Shown in pieces: positions 28,345 through 32,000 of a stretch of 32,000 bases of DNA. The position numbers and the translations under genes are program-made. This DNA comes from an uncultured Lachnospiraceae bacterium (lineage in GTDB: Bacteria > Bacillota > Clostridia > Lachnospirales > Lachnospiraceae). The notes beneath the pieces are model-generated. The model was not told the DNA's origin and searched no databases. It was given only the letters and a program-made list of their open reading frames with translations. The stretch lies in the NCBI GenBank assembly GCA_900551895.1, contig URXX01000003.1, positions 118,655-150,654 on the forward strand, given 5' to 3'. The stretch's first letter is position 1; every line of letters starts with the position of its first letter.

Positions 28345-28424
28345 TGCGGATGACAGGAATCGAACCTGCACGGTCTCCCACTAGATCCTAAGTCTAGCGC
28401 GTCTGCCAGTTCCGCCACATCCGC
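28345..28424 (-). tRNA. tRNA-Leu (TAG)
   Basis: Cloverleaf read by eye: GCGGATG...CTAGA-CTTAGGA-TCTAG...GGTTCGATTCC...CATCCGCA; 80 nt, anticodon TAG. Confidence 0.93.
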
Positions 28425-28488
28425 ATATTAGACTTTCAAGAATTTCTCCTTAAAATAAATATGAACAAACTTTCGCTTGTTCATCAAG

Positions 28489-28561
28489 TGAAGCATCGGG
28501 GATTCGAACCCCGGACAACTTGATTAAAAGTCAAGTGCTCTACCGACTGAGCTAATGCTCC
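28489..28561 (-). tRNA. tRNA-Lys (TTT)
   Basis: GGAGCATTAGCTCAGTCGGTAGAGCACTTGACTTTTAATCAAG...GGTTCGAATCCCCGATGCTTCA. Confidence 0.95.
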
Positions 28562-28570
28562 ATATACTAT

Positions 28571-28642
28571 CTGGGCTAGTTGGATTCGAACCAACGAATG
28601 CAGGAGTCAAAGTCCTGTGCCTTACCGCTTGGCGATAGCCCA
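28571..28642 (-). tRNA. tRNA-Gln (TTG)
   Basis: TGGGCTATCGCCAAGCGGTAAGGCACAGGACTTTGACTCCTG...GGTTCGAATCCAACTAGCCCAG. Confidence 0.95.
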
Positions 28643-28653
28643 CTATATTTGAG

Positions 28654-28727
28654 GGTGGATAGTGGGACTCGAACCCACGATATCCAGAACCACAATCTGG
28701 CGCGCTAACCAACTGCACCATACCCAC
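28654..28727 (-). tRNA. tRNA-His (GTG)
   Basis: GTGGGTATGGTGCAGTTGGTTAGCGCGCCAGATTGTGGTTCTGG...GGTTCGAGTCCCACTATCCACC; a G-1 is encoded at 28728. Confidence 0.95.
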
Positions 28728-28734
28728 CACAAAG

Positions 28735-28808
<74 letters not shown>

Positions 28809-28855
28809 ATATGCTTGTCTTAAAGTAATTTCTTATATTAAATTGGCTTTAAGAA

Positions 28856-28926
28856 AGCGGGTGATGGGAATCGAACCCACGTATCCAGCTTGGAAGGCTG
28901 GTGTTCTACCATTGAACTACACCCGC
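28856..28926 (-). tRNA. tRNA-Gly (TCC)
   Basis: GCGGGTGTAGTTCAATGGTAGAACACCAGCCTTCCAAGCTGG...GGTTCGATTCCCATCACCCGCT. Confidence 0.95.
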
Positions 28927-28930
28927 AAAA

Positions 28931-29005
28931 TCGGGGTGACAGGATTCGAACCTGCGACCTCCTGGTCCCAAACCAGGCGCTCTAGCCAAACTGAGCCACA
29001 CCCCG
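28931..29005 (-). tRNA. tRNA-Pro (TGG)
   Basis: CGGGGTGTGGCTCAGTTTGGCTAGAGCGCCTGGTTTGGGACCAGG...GGTTCGAATCCTGTCACCCCGA. Confidence 0.95.
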
Positions 29006-29045
29006 ATGTAAAGTTTTTTGCTGTCATCTCCGTGACACAATGGTT

Positions 29046-29074
29046 ATTATATATGCTGCTATAAGAAATGTCAA
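29046..29074 (-). promoter_or_regulatory. perfect-consensus sigma-A promoter of the tRNA cluster
   Basis: Minus strand TTGACA (29074-29069), 17-nt spacer, TATAAT (29051-29046). Confidence 0.85.
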
Positions 29075-29208
29075 CAACTTTTTTTATTTTTTTCACATTT
29101 TTTTATTTTAGACTTTTCCAACACTAAAATCGACACCCGAAAACCGCCTATTTACAAGGAGTTTCGGGATTCTATGCCGATTTAAGTTTTTATTCATTTC
29201 ATCATTTT

Positions 29209-29688
29209 TTAAATATAGTGCAGTTCATATTCTACGGAATTATCTTCATGAATTTCCATAATAATATAACTTGCTCTTCGTCCTTTTTGTCTCGGATAAG
29301 AGAGGCTTCCCGGATTTAGCACGGTAATCTTCTCGCCAATATCAAGATAAGGTATGTGCGTATGTCCGAACATAACAATATCCGCCCCTCTCGAAATTCC
29401 CTCTTCTTTAACTCGTTCCGCTCCGGCGTACACATAATAATAATGTCCGTGCGTCATAAAAATTCGATGATTTCCTAATCGAATTTCCTCTTCCTTATTT
29501 AATCGTGAGAAAAAATCATTATTTCCTGCGACAATCCGTACCGGACAGTCTGCAACGGCTTCGATATAATCTTCCCCACCTTCCACATCGCCCATATGCA
29601 AAAGTAAATCAATTTTCCCCGCCTGTTCTAATGCCATGTCTAAATTTCTATGTAATCCGTGTGTATCACTTACAATCAAAACTCTCAT
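29209..29688 (-). CDS. YfcE/MJ0936 family metallophosphoesterase
   Basis: MRVLIVSDTHGLHRNL; HMGDVEGGEDYIE; IVAGNNDF; MTHGHYYYV; FGHTHIPY. Confidence 0.92.
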   Translation of the reverse strand: MRVLIVSDTHGLHRNLDMALEQAGKIDLLLHMGDVEGGEDYIEAVADCPVRIVAGNNDFFSRLNKEEEIRLGNHRIFMTHGHYYYVYAGAERVKEEGISRGADIVMFGHTHIPYLDIGEKITVLNPGSLSYPRQKGRRASYIIMEIHEDNSVEYELHYI

Positions 29689-29692
29689 TTTA

Positions 29693-30292
29693 TTATCCCA
29701 ACTTTTTCTCCATAATCGTGCGCATAGCACGAAGTGCTTTTCCTCTATGACTTAATTCATTCTTTTTCTCTGGCTCTAATTCTGCCGTAGTACATTTATA
29801 TTCCGGTAAATAGAAAATCGGATCATATCCAAATCCGTTTTTTCCCACTATTTCGTGACCGATAATACCTTCAATCGTACCTCTTGCCGTTTCCACCGTT
29901 CCGTCTGGAAATACACAGGCTATAACACATACAAAACGTGCAGTACGTTTTTCGTCCGGAACTCCTTCCAAGCGATCCAATAACATCTGATTTTTAATAT
30001 CATAGAAAGTGTCCACTCCCGCATATCGAGCCGAATAAATTCCCGGCTCTTTATTCAGATAATCGATTTCCAGCCCCGAATCATCAGCCAAAACAATATC
30101 ACCTGTCATTTTTGCAATGGCAGTTGCTTTGATAATCGCATTTTCCTCAAATGTACTTCCGTCCTCCACGATGTCAATATCAATTCCCGCCTCTTTCATC
30201 GAGCGAATCGGCATTCCCAAATCCGCTAAAATCATACGGATTTCTTTCATCTTATTTTCATTTCCCGTAGCAAATAAAATTCCGTTACTCAT
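29693..30292 (-). CDS. rdgB: XTP/dITP diphosphatase, RdgB/HAM1 family
   Basis: ILFATGNENKMKEIR; DIVEDGSTFEENAIIKA; VLADDSGLEIDYLNKEPGIYSARYAG; GKNGFGYDPIF. Confidence 0.95.
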   Translation of the reverse strand: MSNGILFATGNENKMKEIRMILADLGMPIRSMKEAGIDIDIVEDGSTFEENAIIKATAIAKMTGDIVLADDSGLEIDYLNKEPGIYSARYAGVDTFYDIKNQMLLDRLEGVPDEKRTARFVCVIACVFPDGTVETARGTIEGIIGHEIVGKNGFGYDPIFYLPEYKCTTAELEPEKKNELSHRGKALRAMRTIMEKKLG

Positions 30293-31448
30293 TTGTATCC
30301 TCCTTCTGTTTTTTCGGTGGTTTCGGTCCTAAAAACTGGTAAAAATATGTTTTTAACATACCGTTATAAATTTTTCTGTTTTTGTCGGCTTTACGACCAA
30401 AATATTTCTCCGTATCTTCATAACTCGTAATCATATACGCAGACCAACTGTCTAACTTTCTGAAACTTTCTCCAAATTCTCCATATAACTGTGGCAAATC
30501 TTTCTTTTCTTCCAACCTTTCCCCATAAGGCGGATTTGTAATGATGAAACCATATTTTTTCGGATGACGCAGATCTTTAACTGCCCTCTCCTGAAAATGT
30601 ATCAGATGCTCCACTCCTGCCTCTCTCGCATTTTCTCTTGCTGCCTTAATAACAGCTTTGTCAATATCGTAACCTTGAATATCAACTTCAATATCATCGT
30701 TCACTAAATCATTCGCCTCATTAACCGCATCATACCATGCTTTCTTCGGTATAAAGTTTGTCCACTCTTCTGCTGTGAAGGAACGGTTCATACCCGGCGC
30801 AATGTTCGCCGCAATCATCGCCGCCTCAATCGGAAATGTACCGCTGCCGCAAAATGGATCGACAAAAATTCTATCTTTTTTCCACGGTGTCAGCATAATA
30901 AGCGCTGCCGCCAGCGTTTCTGTAATAGGGGCTTTGCTGGATAACTGTCTATATCCTCTTTTATGTAAAGAAACACCCGATGTATCCAATCCCACCGTTA
31001 CAATATCCTTTTTGATAAATACACGGACAGGATAAGACGCTCCGCTTTCCTCGAACCAATCCACATGATAATGTTCTTTCAAACGGTTTACCATTGCTTT
31101 TTTCATAATAGATTGAATATCTGAAGGGCTGAATAATTTACTCTTAACGGACGCAGCCTTCGTAACCCAAAACTTGCCGTCCTTAGCAATATACTTCTCC
31201 CATTCAATCTGTTTTGTCTTTTGAAATAATTCTTCAAACGTAGTCGCTTTAAACGAGCCTACTTTCAGCAAAACCCTTTCCGCCGTTCTTAAGAAAATAT
31301 TTGCACGACAAATGGCTTCCGCATCACCGTAAAACGAAACCCTCCCATCTTCCACAACGGAAATTTCATATCCCAAATCCTGCACTTCTCGTTTCAGTAC
31401 AGATTCCAGCCCGAAATGACAAGGGGCAATCAACTCTATTTTTTCCAT
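30285..31448 (-). CDS. THUMP-domain class I SAM-dependent RNA methyltransferase, RlmL/RlmK N-terminal/YpsC-like
   Basis: IELIAPCHFGLESVLKREVQDLG; DPFCGSGTFPIEAA; FIITNPPYGERL; YKKRGYR-like element VSLHKRGYRQLSSKAPI; start revised to 31448 (GGAGG-TATAT-ATG). Confidence 0.93.
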   Translation of the reverse strand: MEKIELIAPCHFGLESVLKREVQDLGYEISVVEDGRVSFYGDAEAICRANIFLRTAERVLLKVGSFKATTFEELFQKTKQIEWEKYIAKDGKFWVTKAASVKSKLFSPSDIQSIMKKAMVNRLKEHYHVDWFEESGASYPVRVFIKKDIVTVGLDTSGVSLHKRGYRQLSSKAPITETLAAALIMLTPWKKDRIFVDPFCGSGTFPIEAAMIAANIAPGMNRSFTAEEWTNFIPKKAWYDAVNEANDLVNDDIEVDIQGYDIDKAVIKAARENAREAGVEHLIHFQERAVKDLRHPKKYGFIITNPPYGERLEEKKDLPQLYGEFGESFRKLDSWSAYMITSYEDTEKYFGRKADKNRKIYNGMLKTYFYQFLGPKPPKKQKEDTNE

Positions 31449-31506
31449 ATATACCTCCAATTTTCTCTACTTCCTATATTATTGGAAATTGCCTTATATG
31501 TCAAAT

Positions 31507-31532
31507 GGGGACGCCATATTTTTAGCGTCCCC
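31507..31532 (-). terminator. stem-loop downstream of the 50-aa ORF
   Basis: ggggacgc (31507-31514)/gcgtcccc (31525-31532); no strong T tail. Confidence 0.4.
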
Positions 31533-31541
31533 ACCTGAAAA

Positions 31542-31697
31542 TTAGTTGTTGTCATACTCGCTTGACTGTGCGTTGTTCATTTTGTTTTTTGATGCATTTG
31601 TGTTCTTGTTTGAAGTTTTGTTTTTCTTACTTTCGTAATCCGCCTCTGATGAATATGCGTTTTTTGTTTTGTTGTTTGTTGCATTTGTTTTTGCCAT
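31542..31697 (-). CDS. 51-aa or shorter Asn/Lys/Ser-rich micro-protein of unknown function
   Basis: MAKTNATNNKTKNAYSSEADYESKKNKTSNKNTNASKNKMNNAQSSEYDNN; RBS GAGGAAG upstream of the ATG at 31697. Confidence 0.6.
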   Translation of the reverse strand: MAKTNATNNKTKNAYSSEADYESKKNKTSNKNTNASKNKMNNAQSSEYDNN

Positions 31698-31926
31698 TGT
31701 TACTTCCTCCTCATCCTTTTGTTTCTCAAAATACATTTTGTAAATCGTATTGTACTTTGATTACACAAGTATTATATCTTTAAATTACCGTTTCTATTCA
31801 TTACATAAAAAATAAGAACCTTAACTTTTTTTTAAGTTTTTCTTGCTTTTTTTACCATTTTATATTATACTAACCCATGTAGAAATTATTTCTACAACCC
31901 CTTATTAATTATTTATACTCCCCTCG

Positions 31927-31955
31927 AAAGACCGATAGCTCCCCTATCGGTCTTT
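31927..31955. terminator. stem-loop terminator-like element
   Basis: 12-bp perfect stem aaagaccgatag/ctatcggtcttt followed by T. Confidence 0.65.
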
Positions 31956-32000
31956 TACATCATAAGAGAGTATAATATGTGCTATGGAAAGACGGCAGGT

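Noticed and set aside
29138-29170. cccgaaa...tttcggg inverted repeat near 29.15 kb as a terminator of the minus-strand phosphoesterase
   Set aside because: Only a 7-bp stem with a 19-nt loop and a poor T tail on the relevant strand; too weak to list as a feature.

Overview
This is a low-GC Firmicutes/Clostridia-type chromosome segment, Lachnospiraceae-like by gene content; the genus was not resolved. Most of it is readable core metabolism. (1) A [FeFe]-hydrogenase maturation operon (TM1266-family protein, hydE, hydG, hydF) sits behind a structured, non-coding 5' leader of about 100 nt. (2) The L-serine dehydratase pair sdaAB/sdaAA follows. (3) A lipoprotein, a sirtuin and a YfcE-type phosphoesterase come next on the minus strand. 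(4) An accessory-looking stretch (about 9.7-14.5 kb) holds an orphan PBECR/ERHP-type nuclease-like ORF, four GNAT acetyltransferases, a membrane-anchored XRE regulator and an Rpn/PD-(D/E)XK family gene. (5) A 12-gene type II fatty-acid operon runs on the minus strand (fabH-acpP-fabK-fabD-fabG-fabF-accB-fabZ-accC-accDA fusion-NMO/FabK-like-MarR). It has a near-consensus promoter overlapped by a perfect 9-3-9 FabT-like palindrome. (6) An aromatic-acid-exporter-like protein, an NfeD protein, a small XRE and a second PD-(D/E)XK family gene follow. (7) A seven-tRNA cluster (Pro-Gly-Arg-His-Gln-Lys-Leu) has a perfect-consensus promoter. (8) The window ends with a phosphoesterase, RdgB, a THUMP methyltransferase and an Asn/Lys-rich micro-protein. 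I found no CRISPR array, complete prophage or IS element, and no clear multi-gene defence system. The best candidates for undescribed biology are the structured leader of the hyd maturation operon, a compact multi-hairpin element closed by a perfect 15-bp stem at 10321-10417, and the orphan nuclease-like gene beside it.
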